64,000 nt of DNA from the human T2T-CHM13v2.0 reference genome, Homo sapiens. A program made the translations under genes and the position numbers. Below the pieces are notes generated by a model that saw only the letters and a list, made by a program, of their open reading frames with translations, ran no database searches and was not told the DNA's origin. Within the stretch, counting starts at the first letter, position 1. Each line of letters starts with the position of its first letter. The stretch lies in NCBI RefSeq assembly GCF_009914755.1, contig NC_060931.1. One strand, given 5' to 3'. This document shows, one piece after another, positions 22,508 through 39,640 of this stretch.

Positions 22508-22937
22508 TTATTTATCAGTGCTGTTGCAAATCAGAATGGATTTTGCTAGAAAGTACTCTTGTTTGCAGTGATTCTTTTTTGTTTGTTTTGTTTTATTTTT
22601 TTGAGACAGAGTCTTGCTCTGTCGCCCAGGCTGGAGCGCAGTGGCGCGATCTCGGCTCACTGCAAGCTTCGCCTCCCAGGTTCACGCCATTCTCCTGCCT
22701 CAGCCTCCTGAGTAGCTGGGACTACAGGCACCCGCCACCATGCCCAGCTAATTTCTTTTTGTATTTTTAGTAGAGATGGGGTTTCACGGTGTTAGCCAGG
22801 AAGGTCTTGATCTCCTGACCTCGTGATCTGCCCGCCTCGGCCTCCCAAAGTGCTGGGATTACAGGCGTGAGCCACCATGCCCGGCCTGCAGTGATTCTCT
22901 TAATTCAGTTTTGTTAAAAGCAAACATTTGGGGTCTT

Positions 22938-23046
22938 TTTTTTAAATTAATTAATTTATTTATTTTTTATCATACTTTAAGTTCTAGGGTACATGTGCAC
23001 AACGTGCAGGTTTGTTACATATGTATACATGTGCCATGTTGGTGTG
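22938..23046 (-). mobile_element. Severely 5'-truncated young L1PA 3' end with TSD
   Basis: tatcatactttaagttctagggtacatgtgcacaacgtgcaggtttgttacatatgtatacatgtgccatgttggtgtg is an L1PA 3' terminus. TSD atttggggtctt at 22926-22937 and 23050-23061. Confidence 0.85.
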
Positions 23047-23124
23047 AAAATTTGGGGTCTTAAGGAAAATAATAATTTCCAGTACTTGCCAAATATCAGA
23101 AAAACTGCAGAAAGACAGAATTAA

Positions 23125-23452
<328 letters not shown>

Positions 23453-23732
23453 TAAATAAAGTGAAATTTGTCCACATGAAAGAGTGCTCAAAATCAGTGC
23501 TTCTCACACATTCCTCCTTGGAGAAGTCCCTCAGGGAACTCGGTCAGAGCAGGGAGGCCAGCTGCATGAGGTTCAAGGGCTCCCACACCAGTTTCAACAA
23601 GAGGGACTTTGCTTTTATTTGCTTTCTCTACAGGCAATCCTCGTTTTATCTAACAGATGTGTGCCTAAAAATCTACATAAAGCAACACTTCACTAATCAA
23701 AGTGACTTTTCGCATCAGAAATCAATGATAAA

Positions 23733-24733
23733 GGGACGGAATTCATGTGGGGGGTTGGAGTGGACGCAGGCGTGAGTGGGTCCAGCAGATGGAAACACAG
23801 CTGCCAAGTCTGCCCTGTCCTTAGCTTCTGCAGGAGGTGTGGGGAACTCTGCCTTCTACAATGTGATGCTGCACAGAGAGCTGTCTGTCATCTTCAACCA
23901 ATTCCATGGCATTCAGGACACTGTGATAGGGGAAGGAACGCACTTTCTCATCCCATGGGAAAAGAAACCAATTATTTTTGACTGCTGCTCTTGACCACAT
24001 TATGCACCAATCATCACTGTGAGCAAAGATTGTCACCATCACACTGGGCGTCCTCTTCCCGCCTTGTTGCTGGCCAGGTCCTTGCATCTTCCAATTACTG
24101 GAGAAGCCAATGAAGAATGTGCTGCCATCCATCACTGCGGAGCTCCTCAAGCTGGGGGCGGCTCAGGCTGACGCTGGAGAACTGATCACGCAGGGAGAGC
24201 TGGGCTCCAGACAGGTGAGCAATTAACTTCGGAGCAAGCAGCAACCTTTGGGTTCCTCCTGGATGCTGTGACCTTGGATCTGACCTTCGGGAAGGAATTT
24301 GCAGAAGCAGTGGAACCAAAGAGGTGGCTCAGCAGGAAGAAGAGAGGGCCAGATCTGTGGTGGCAAGGGCTGAGCAGCAGAAGACGGCGGCCATCATCTC
24401 TGCCGAGGGCGACTCCAAGGCCACGGAGTTCATCGCCAGCTCAGTGGCCACCGCAGGTGACGGCCTGATCAAGCCCACAAGCTGGAACCATGGAGGACAC
24501 TGTACCGGCCCTCCAGCTCTCAGAACTCATCCACCTGCCCGTGGGGACATCTGTGCTCCTCCAGCTGCCCCAGCGCAGGCCGCCCTGCCCTGCACCTCCT
24601 CCAGCCAACTGGGCCACAGCACCAATGACTTTTACTACCACCTTCCTTCTGTCCCCACTCCAGAAATCACTGTGCAATTTCACGAATGGCTTAAAGCAAT
24701 GGACATAAAAGGAAAAATCACTTCAGAAAAAAA
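23733..24733 (+). pseudogene. PHB1P6: Prohibitin 1 processed pseudogene in intron 19, antisense to host
   Basis: Intronless PHB1-like fragments ([11 protein letters not shown]; [24 protein letters not shown]; [12 protein letters not shown]; [32 protein letters not shown]). The start ATG is mutated to ACA and there are frameshifts and a short A-tail. TSD is agaaatcaatgataaa 23717-23732 / agaaagcaatggtaaa 24734-24749. The family call is secure; the pseudogene number is from memory and depends on the paralog. Confidence 0.85.
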
Positions 24734-26453
24734 AGAAAGCAATGGTAAAAGACCTAGAGACGTTATTCAGCTTCACTCACAGTGACAGTGGGGTGTGTTT
24801 TCCTATCCCTAAGACAACCATTGCCTTTTAAGCATCAAAATTTAAAAAACAAACAAACAAACAAACAAAAAAGCTATTATAAAGACATGTAGAATATCAC
24901 TGATGTGGACAGAGTATTCAGGTGTGGACGAGGTGCGGATGAGGATGGAGGTCAACTTGGAGACAATGCAGGATGACTGAAGTGTTTCTGGATGAGCAAA
25001 GGAGGGAAAGAGAGAAAGAGGAAACGGGTCGGGGGGTGGAGGGTTCGCCTCGGTGTGGAGGTCATCTCTGATTGCTGACAAATGCAGTGGAAAATGTTGG
25101 AGAAGGTCTGACAATATCGCTAAAGGTTGGTGGTTTCAGAAAATCTTATAACATTTCCTTTACTTTAAAAGAAAACTTAGCATCTCAAGGGTTGAATGTG
25201 AGTTGTTTTTTCCCTGTGGATTTCAGAGTAGGCCATTCAGCCACAGAAAATAACTCTGGATGAACCACATTTGAATACTACCAATAAAGACCTCGGACTC
25301 TCCTCCTCTAAGGTCGAGCGCCTCTATTAACTGCTCAGCCTCCTCTTCTGCCCCACCCCCACCCCCTCCTCCCCCACCTTGCTCCTCCCATGCAGGACTT
25401 CACAGCCTCCTCACAGAGCCAGGTGCCACCTCCCACTCCATCACATGCCTGGCTCCGCTGCCTTCTCGCGTGTGACATCTCCCTTTCACCAAGCTGAGGA
25501 CACTGTGCACCCGTGGTGTGTTTAAGCAGACAATTCTGATGGCCACAAAATTCTTTTCTCTTGTGGTCTGTGACTCGAGTTGTCCTGTCCAAAGACTAAC
25601 GCATGTTCCACGGGCAGGCCAAGTAAGGTGTTGTTGGAATGAGGAACCACCAAGCACCTTTAATTCCTTCCAAGATCTTTTATGAATGGGACAAAGTCAA
25701 GTGCTGTTAGTGACGACAAGAGTGGAGATTCTCCTTCTGGTGAATCTGCTGCACTCTGGTGACGATGGCAGGTCCGGCACTGCTCCAGCACCCAATCCTT
25801 GCAGTGACTTCTATGGCACTTGCACATTCTTTTTACAATAGAGGCTTCGCATTCTCAGTTTTTGCAGTCACTCACTGTCACAACTGCCCCTAACAAAAGT
25901 GGTGACTGCATTCCTCACAACCTTGAATTTGAGCTTTGTCTTGAGAAATGAAGGTTTCTACAGGTTTCATCATGTTCAGACTAATCCAAACTGAAGATCT
26001 ACCTCCAGGAAGATTTTTCTTTCTCCATTACTTCCCTGAGCAAAAAATGTGTCACTTCCAATCTTCAATTCTTCACCAGTACTTTGATTGCTTGACCAAA
26101 TCAAAAGCATGCTGAGGTTAACCTATGAGTTAAGCATTGACTTTTATCTTCTCCACTACAGGACTCCTGGACCAAGATAATTTTGTTACCCTGCTACAGA
26201 ATTTCTCAGCCACTTTCCATGCCATAATCCACACAAAATCTATTTGGCACACTGACTGACCTTCACTCATGTCCACAAGGTGCTGTGAGAGCTGAAGGAG
26301 AAGTATTTTAGGGCACACCCAGGAACCCAACTTGAAACATTTGTTCACCTTAGTAGTCGTGAGCATGATTAACTGCACCAATCTGTATACACCTAGTACA
26401 CACACAAATTTCATACTTGATTCCTAACACTTATTTCTAACAACAGAAAACTT

Positions 26454-26501
26454 CACACTACAGGGTATGGGCATTTACACACTACAGGGTATGGGCATTT
26501 A
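26454..26501 (+). repeat. Perfect 24-bp tandem duplication
   Basis: cacactacagggtatgggcattta x2. Confidence 0.95.
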
Positions 26502-26601
26502 TTGGTTCTTGGCAACAGAAGTTCCTAAGGTGGCTGATGATCTACAGAGTGTGGTCACTTCCTCTGACATTACACAACGGCAAACAAAAAGAAAGAGGTC
26601 A

Positions 26602-27071
<470 letters not shown>

Positions 27072-27084
27072 CTAAATGCATATA

Positions 27085-27310
27085 GCAGGTACTATCCCCG
27101 AGCAGTTGAAATGTTTGAAATGTGGCTACTTGGAACTGAAATATGCTGTGAGTATGAAAGACGCGCCAACTGTCAAATAAAGAACATGGGATAAAGACCG
27201 TGAAATACTTCCCTGTGTATTTCTTTATAATGATTACAGGCTGAACTAGAACGTGGACGATTACACATGTGGCTTGCATTTGTGGGGCACACTGCCTTTC
27301 TCATGGATAG
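27085..27310. mobile_element. MER33/MER3-like DNA transposon fragment
   Basis: ttgaaatgtggctac...atatgctgtgagtatgaaa...atgtggcttgcatt. Confidence 0.5.
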
Positions 27311-27453
27311 CAGTGGTCTACGGTCAAAGCTTGAGTTATCTGTGCACTGCAGGTGTTCACATTGATAAATCAAGGAGTGGCTGGATTGAGCTTCTGCAAA
27401 TGATTTTTTGGGGAGGCAGGGGAAGGGGGACTTCCATAATTTTAAAAGATTAA

Positions 27454-27691
<238 letters not shown>

Positions 27692-27824
27692 TAGCCAGGA
27701 TGGTCTTGATCTCCTGACCTTGTGATCTGCCCGCCTCAGCCTCCTAAAGTGCTGGGATTACAGGTGTGAGCCACCGAGCCTGGCTGATCTGTGTTTTTAA
27801 AAAAGGATTTCACAACTAGTTTAC

Positions 27825-27883
27825 CTGGTGTATTCGTTCTTGGCTGAGTAACTTCAGTGGTACTGTGAGTCAGAAGTTCTGGT
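27825..27883 (-). pseudogene. GTF2I-like exon 19 (59 nt)
   Basis: PELLTHSTTEVTQPRTNTP; AG/GT. Confidence 0.95.
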
Positions 27884-28694
27884 CTGTAGAAACAGAGTTG
27901 ATATTAGTAATAAAGCATTTAGAAGCAACTCACAGGCCTTTCTCACACAGCTGTTCATTGCCAATTAGTTATAAATATGGTTCATCCTGCCTTCATTTTA
28001 TAGTGAAAAAAAAATCATTTTGGTGACGAGTTTATTTTGAAAATGGCAATTTTCAGATATTCGGGTGAGACCTTCAAAATCATCCTATATTTAAGATAAA
28101 CAGGCGAAAGTCACTTTTCCCCCAAACCAGCTCAATTCTGTTTCTGAATCTTAGATGAACTGTCCCACAGCACAGCCAGAAGCAGCTCGCTGTAGCATCT
28201 TAAACGTTTCCTATCCCTTATAACTCAGTCCCAACAAACACACAGAGGCATGACCCCAATCAGTAAGGAAGGTTTACCCTTCCACATCCCGTCAATGAGT
28301 GGAGAGAGGCCTTCTGTTCCTAACCCCGCACCCAAACTAACCATTGTGTTATCCTTCAAAATCAAGCCAGAATTACCTTTCTAAAGGGCGGATCCACATT
28401 ATTTTCAGAGGCATCTGCCTCGAGACCACTTCGTGACTGCCTCTGTGTTCGTAGGATCTCAGGCCTTCCTCCACTTGCCCACCCAAGTCGATCCATGCAA
28501 CCCCACCACGCCCACGTGGCAGTCCTCACTCCACACACGGTGGGTGAGTTCTGTGGATACGCAGGCATATTTGCCACCTCCTCCCCCTACTCATATGATT
28601 TCCTTCACTTGAAACACCTTCCATCTCTTCTGGATGCACAAGTGACCGAGCTAGGTGTGCCATCCTTGCCTTCTCCCTTAAAAACGCTCAATAA

Positions 28695-28846
<152 letters not shown>

Positions 28847-29244
28847 TAGCTGGGACTACAGGCTCGCACCACCGCTTCCAGCTAATTTTTGTATTTTTAC
28901 TAGAGATGGGGCTTCATCATGTTGGCCAGGCTAGTCTTGAACTCCTGACCTCAAGTGATCCACCTGCCTTGGCCTCCCAAAGTGCTGCGATTACAGGCGT
29001 GAGCTGCCGCGCCCGGCCTTCAGTGCATTTTTCTTTGTATGAAGGCCCCAAGGACAGTGTTCTTGTTAGACCCAATTTTGCACATCTGATGCTTATACTA
29101 ATATTTGTTCACTAAGTGAATCTAAATATTAATGCCTTCATTGTCAATAGAAATAAGTCATAAGGTAAACAAAAGGCCCTTCTTCATCAAATTAACCTCT
29201 TCTCAGGGAAGACACTGAAACTATTTCTACAGATTATCATCTTA

Positions 29245-29475
<231 letters not shown>

Positions 29476-30001
29476 TCAGATTTTAGTACAATCCAAAGAA
29501 AGGCACAGGTCAATTTTGTTTTACTTGAAAAAAACTCTTTCTAGAAACATATTTATTAACTATTGAATAGACTTAATACAGCAAAGACAAGTAGAGATGA
29601 CCGATCATCAACAGCCAGATTTGGGCAGATTTAAGTGTCCTGGTCCTAAGACAATCTTAATAGCTCTGAGATCTTTAAAAGATTAAAGTTTGTTTTTCAA
29701 TATCCTTAGGAAGAAAAGAGAGAAAGAAAATCATCATGGACAATAGAGGACACAACCTAAATACTATCTGGAAGCAGCCTTTTGCTACTAACTGTTCAGG
29801 ACCGTAATTACCCTCCTCCATCGGCTATGGCAAACTGGTAACACATTTCCGACTACACTTTCATCTGCGTGGCAACCAGATCAATGTTCTTTACCCCTTC
29901 AACCTCACGAGCATGCCATTTTAAAGGAAATAACTTTCCACAGATAATTCATAGAATGGGGGCCGGGCGCGGTGGCTCACGCCTATAATCCCAGCACTTT
30001 A

Positions 30002-30298
<297 letters not shown>

Positions 30299-30363
30299 TC
30301 ACTGTATTTACTTTCCTAAAATAAAACAACATTTAAAAAAATGTTACTCAGTAATACATTTTA

Positions 30364-30501
<138 letters not shown>

Positions 30502-30528
30502 TTAATGGGTTTAATAACTTGATTATTA

Positions 30529-30931
<403 letters not shown>

Positions 30932-31945
30932 TTATTTCTAAAACAATGCTGACACTGTACAAAAAGAGGAAGAACGAAACATTCATTAGAGCTAGGAAAA
31001 AGCAAAACTCAGTGTATTCAGGAACAGCTAGCAGGTAACACTTGCTACAGGAAGATTAGGGCTATGATCTTGCTGCAGTCCTTCTATCTTAGTAAATATC
31101 AACAGGGTGATTCCATTCTGTTTTATCCTCACTCCACTCCACTCCAGAGCAAAAGCAAGCAAGAAAATCAATTATATTTCTATTTATTTTAAAACACATC
31201 TAACAGGCTGGGCGCGGTGGCTCATGCCTGTAATCCTAGCACTCTGGGAGGCCGAGGTGGGCAGATCACCTGAGGTCAGCAGTTTGAGATCAGCCTGGCC
31301 AACATAGTGAAACCCTGTCTCTACGAAAAATACAAAAATTAGCTGGGCATGGTGGCAGGCACCTGTAATCCCAGCTACAGGGAGGCTGAGGCAGGAGAAT
31401 TGCTTGAACCCAGGAGGCGGGAGGTTGCAGTGAGCGGAGATCGCACCACTGCACTCCAGCCTGGGCAACAGAGCAAGACTCCCTCTCAAAAAACAAAACA
31501 AAACAAAACAAAATACATCTAACAATTAAGAGATGATATAAATGGCTCCATGCTCTAAAAGGAAACCTTCTTATGTCCTGCATATCATGGACATTCAATG
31601 AATGCTTGTTCCATTGACTCGTGTAGACTTCAATAATAAACTGTTCAATGCATTATGCCAGATAAATCTTGCATCAAAAGTAGAACAAATATTGTTCTTT
31701 TACTTCTGTCTACCCATAAATGCAATATTTATAAGTATTTACAATGGGTTAATAAAAAGAAGATGCGTTTATTCTTCTAGAAATTATTAGAATTTTGACA
31801 ACATGAATTCTCCTGTAATGGCACATAATTAATAGTTAGAGACATATTATTTCATGTGGAAGGTAACATAAAGAAGAAATCAATGTTAAGCGTGAAATAA
31901 TTATTGCACATAATCTTCTGATCTGCCTCGAGATTGAAGACCTAC

Positions 31946-32004
31946 CTCCTGAAGCTGGCTTATCAAGCTGTAAATCTTCACGTGTTGAACTCAGAAGCTC
32001 ATGT
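31946..32004 (-). pseudogene. GTF2I-like exon 16 (59 nt)
   Basis: cag|ACATGAG...GGAG|gtaggt; HELLSSTREDLQLDKPASG. Confidence 0.95.
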
Positions 32005-32118
32005 CTGAAAGGTGAGAATAAATACTCAATAATCACTAGGTAATATTCAGCAAACTAATAACGACTAGTACATATTTAACATTTAGTCAGTAAGGCTGGT
32101 TTTGAAAAGAAAAGATAA

Positions 32119-32388
<270 letters not shown>

Positions 32389-32708
32389 TGATCCAGCCGC
32401 CTTGGCCTCCCAAAGTGCTGGGATTACAGGTGTGAGCCACTACACCCAGCCCACAACTAAATCTTAATTTGAGGTTTCTACAGAGTAAAAAGCAAACTAA
32501 TAATTGCAAGTTGTCTCATAAGGTGCTTCATGGAGCATGTATCCTCACAAGTAAAGAGGTAACTTTGCAACCCACAGGTCTTTGAAGCATATTACAAAAA
32601 TCTTAAATGGGATCCTTTAATGTCATATTGCATTCAAGACTATCTTCCTCTGCACATCTATAAAAACAATCATATATTCCCACGCATGCTTTAAAAATCT
32701 CAGGCCTA

Positions 32709-32972
<264 letters not shown>

Positions 32973-33271
32973 TCAGGCCTAAAAACAAGGCGTGGATTCT
33001 ATGTTCTTTAGCAAAAGTAGCAGAAAATTGTGAAAGAAAATGTGAGTTGCATGCCAATCCAGTGCGGGCACTGTTCATGCTTCGAATGCCAACACTGCAT
33101 GACTGATGCAATGCTGGACCCAGATAAATTAAAAAGTGCAAGATAAAAATACATAAAATAACTCAAACTTCATCACATAGAACCCTAGTGGTGAATGAAT
33201 ATTGGTCAACAATAAAAAAGACGTATTACTCAGAAAAGAGACAAGAGTTCAACAGGAATCCAAGAGTCTTA

Positions 33272-33456
<185 letters not shown>

Positions 33457-33517
33457 CTATAAGGACAAAAAGAGAAAGAGATATCATTTAAACACAATTT
33501 GTAGAAAAGAATAATAA

Positions 33518-33883
<366 letters not shown>

Positions 33884-34024
33884 TGAAGCACTTTACTATC
33901 TTATCAATCTCCAGGATAGATCTTCAGTTCTCATGACCACAAAAGAGGATACTAAGACTCAGACAGGAGAAGAGACGTGGCAAGGCACTGTGTCCCCAGA
34001 GCCTATGATCTTACCACTAGGTCA

Positions 34025-34261
<237 letters not shown>

Positions 34262-34920
34262 TCAGGAGGCTCAGACAGGAGAATTGCTTGAACCTGGGAG
34301 GCAGAGGTTGCAGTGAGCCGAGATCGTGCCACTCCAGACTAGGCAACAAGAGCAAAACTCTATCTCAAAAAAAAAAAAAAAAACAAAAAAAAAACAAAAA
34401 ACAAAAAACAAAAAACCACGGGCAAAAAAGGTGTAAGCTATTAAAAACTGGGAGAAACACTAAGAGAACCTTAAGTAAACCACTAAAAATATGGAAAAGT
34501 TACTGAATTCATTAGCAAATTTACTCTAATTGTAGATTTTCATTGAGGGGTAGGTTATATTACTCATGATGAAGAAAAAATGCTCATTTTAAGTTTGTTA
34601 ACACAAATACCATCAATATGGTTTATTGCATTTAAATTTTCACTTATAGCAATTCAGTTAAAACTGCATATCATACAATTTTACCGCTTGCTAGTTAATG
34701 GCAAAGTAAATAGTCATCCAAATAAAAATGATAACAGATGATAATAAATATGATAAAAATAAAATGATTTTTATTTTAAATCATTTTAAATATTTTATAA
34801 AAAATAAAAATGATAACAAATTGTGAATTTCTTTGATCATTATATAAAGGTGGCTATAGGACAGAATAGTAAAAGGACAAAGAAGGAATTGAAATCTAGC
34901 ATCAACTCAGTTATACATCA

Positions 34921-35268
<348 letters not shown>

Positions 35269-35620
35269 TTAACAGAAACTATCAGTTAAAAAAATAATTT
35301 TTAATGAAACCCCCAAGATCCAGAGCTTTGTAATAAATATGTAAATAAATTCCCAAATATCCATGCTGGAAGTTTAAAAGAAATGTTAGCTGATAACTAC
35401 AGAAATACAACTTTTCCTTAGCTTTACTGTAATCTAGAAACAAAGACTGTTTCTAATATTTAGACAGACACTACTAAGGACCTTACAATGAGAGACGTGT
35501 AAGAAAGTGTGGCACGGTTCACTGGCAGCCCTGGGCTGGGCTTGTCCACATCACCCCCATGATGAACAGTAACGCCATTGTGTAAATGCTCATGAACAAA
35601 GTATTACAGGAATTTTCCTA

Positions 35621-35722
<102 letters not shown>

Positions 35723-36320
35723 TCATTAAGAAGTCCCTACCATCGGGGCAGCACTAGGGTCTTGGGATGACTGAACATACAATGACATATTTTCTACATT
35801 TTTACATCCCAACTGTCCATATCATTTTACTGCTTTCCAAGAACTTTCCCCTTTTTGGTGGTTCTTAGAATTAGTAGGTTGGTGCAAAAGTAACTGTGGC
35901 TTTTGCCATTACTTTTAATAGTCTCATGGGAGACTACACGAGAAGTTTTAACATTTAGCACCTCTTTTTAGCCTTTTAATTTCTGAAAAGCAGGAGGGCA
36001 GAAAAGATCAAGCAAATGAAACACGACAAAAGGGAGACCACGATAAAGGTCTCCAGGGGTCTTTTAGCAAACTTCCTAAAACATGTGTTAGTTGTGTGGA
36101 AATAAGACTTTACGGATATATAGTTGCAACTTAAAATGCTAAAGAACAGGCCAAGTGCAGTGGCTCATGCCTGTAATCCCAGCACTTTGGGAGGCTGAGG
36201 CATGCGGATCACCTGAGGTCAGGAGTTCGATTCCAGCCTGGCCAACATGGTGAAATCCCATCTCTACTAAAAATACAACAATTAGCTGGGCATGGTGGTG
36301 GGCGCCTGTAATCCCAGCTA

Positions 36321-36428
<108 letters not shown>

Positions 36429-36931
36429 TCAAAAAAATAATAATAAAAATTAAAAATAAAGAACAAAAACATATTTAAAAAGTACAAAAATTCAATTCAT
36501 ATCCAATCATTGTGACTATGACACAGTAGAATATTAAAGTACTATTTTCAAGATGTATACAAGCTTAATATTCCATTTATTCAAAATATGAATCATCAAC
36601 ATAATTTGCCGCTAATATCTCATTCAGTCCCTTGCTAGGATACATCATCCATTGAGAGCTCACAGATTAGCAGCTGCAGTAACACAGAGCAAAAAAAAAA
36701 AAAAAGAAAACCAAGAGGTGAAATAGTTCTGAAATAAAGATTTTAAAGCTAAGAGAAATAACTAAATTACTAAGTCTTTAGCACTAATCTTGAGCTGACT
36801 AATTAACATCAGACAAGACAATGTCCTATGCTTTGGTAAATCCAAACTATGTTTAAACAATGTCTGTAATGTAATTTTCAAAATGCTCCTGGCTTTCCAA
36901 AGATGAGATTATGATGCAGTAATAGACGCTA

Positions 36932-37177
<246 letters not shown>

Positions 37178-37589
37178 TTACAGTTACAGTCACCTCCTGG
37201 TCAATTCCCAACATTCAAAAGGTGAGCAGGGCTTTAAAGCTATTTTGAGTATCAATAGTTATTTCTGTATTGTGAGCTTTAGCAGGCTTTTTCCTTGTTA
37301 CATTTGAAATTTTCTTTGTTTGGGATGTGTTCAAGTGAATACTGCTTTTTCCTCTGTCTTTCTTCATTATTTTTTAGTTTGCTTCATTTGAATTGTCATT
37401 ATAAATTTCCCCTTCTCAAATAACTTTCAAATTGCCAAGAACTATATTGTTTTAAGACTTTCAAGAAAAAACTTTTAATAAAGACAGCCACCTAAAGTTA
37501 TAAAAGGGGATAGAGTACAGCTTAGATGGAAAAGATATTTAAGCTTATACAAAATTTAAGCATGCATAAGCAAGGGAAATTGGGTAAAT

Positions 37590-37760
37590 AGTTTTTTTTT
37601 GTTTTTTTGTTTTTGTTTTTGTTTTTGAGACAGAGAATTGTTCTGTTGCCCAGGCTGGAGTTCAGTGATGCAATCTTGGCTCACTGCAACCTCTACCTCC
37701 TAGGCTCAAGCAATCCTCCCACCTCAGCCTCCTGAGTAGTTGGGATCACAGGCAGGTGCC
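37590..37760 (-). mobile_element. Truncated hybrid Alu at the GTF2I/CASTOR fusion junction
   Basis: Right arm only, ending abruptly at 37760. Bases 37678-37756 are identical to 45849-45927. Confidence 0.85.
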
Positions 37761-39334
37761 CAGGCAACTCTCCCAGGCAACCATGGTTGGCAGGTCCCAA
37801 TTTCTACTGAGATCACCCCACGTAGGTCACATGGCGAGGGTCCCACACCCCAGCCTCACCACTTCCAACGAGCCAAACGCTTCCCATTTCCAGCCCGACG
37901 ATGGTACTAACTTCCCTGCCCCTCCTTGGAGATCCCCAACCCCAAATAACCTCTCCTGATCTCCAGGGTCTCTTGGTGACAATACCTGCCTGCCTGCCTT
38001 AGCTAAGGGGGTCAGTTGCTTCTATCAGTCTCAATGCCCCAGAAACTGAGCGAAAACCCAAGTATTCATGGCCTACTGAACGCAAAGTCTGAGTCTGACC
38101 CTGGTATTCTATTCCTTGGTTTTTAGAATGCCCCCAGACAAAGATGAGGGCTGAAGGCTCAGAAAGGCCGGGTCAGGCCAGGTGAGGTGGCTCACGTCTG
38201 AAATCACAGCACTTTTGGAGGCCGAGGCAGGAGGATCGTTTGAGGCCAGGAGTTTGAGGCCAGCCTGGGCAACAAAGTGAAACCCTGTCTCTACAAAATA
38301 TTGTAAAAATTAGCCAGGTGTGGTGGCACACACCTGCGGCCCCAGCTATTCAGGAGGCTGAGGCAGGAGGATCCCTTGAGTCCAGGAGCTGCAGTGAGCT
38401 ATGATTTTGCCACTGAACTCTGGCCTGGGTGACCGAGCGAGACCCTGTCTTCAAAAGAAAACAAGAAAGGTAGGGTGACCTGCCTGGGAATATGTGGTAG
38501 GAACAGCAGAGTGGAGAGAGAGCGCTTGATAAGGTGTCTTGTTGGGAGACATTCCCCACACCATGGTGCCATGGGAATCACATAAGCAGGTCAAGTGTGC
38601 CTCACTCAAGCACTCAGGAACCAAGCTTGCAGAGGGGGTCAGGGCAGGAAATGCACACGACTCCCAGCCAACCCCACACTCTGGACCTGGGGCACCTGCT
38701 AAGCACTTTCTCTGTAAGATCTCACTTCAACCTCCCGTGAACAGCCCTATAACGTGGGTGCTATCACCTTCTTCATTCTTCTACAGAAACTGACAAACGC
38801 AGTTAAACCAGGCTAATTTGGACTGACGGGCTGGGTGGGGACGTCATCAGAGAGAAGCTGCAGGAGGGAAATTGTAGACTAGAACAAAGTCTGAAGAGGG
38901 TGGAGAAAAGCACAGATTAAAAAAAAAAAAAAGAAGAAAGAAAGAAATGTAGCCAGGCATAGTGGCTCACGCCTGTAATCCCAGCACTTTGGGAGGCTGA
39001 GGCAGGTTGATCACCCAAGGTCAGGAGTTTGAGACCAGCCTGGCCAACATGGCGAAACCCTGTCTCTACTAAAAACGCCAAAATTAGCTGAGTGTGGTGG
39101 TGCACACCTGTAATCCCAGCTACTCGGGAGGCTGAGGCAGGAGAATCGCTCAAACCCAGGAGTCAAGAGTTTGCAGTGAGCTGAGATTGCGCCACTGCAC
39201 TCCAGCCTGGGCGGCAGGGTGAGACTCTGTCCCCGCCACCAAAAAAAAAAAAAAAAAATGCGTTTTACTGCCTGCAAGCTCGAGTTCTCCCTCCAGCACC
39301 CTACCCACCAGGGCTCCTCAGAGGCCTGGCTTGA

Positions 39335-39640
<306 letters not shown>

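Noticed and set aside
24324-24785. 153-aa prohibitin-like ORF
   Set aside because: GTG start, only about 50 aa of PHB1 similarity before a frameshift; part of the decayed retrocopy.
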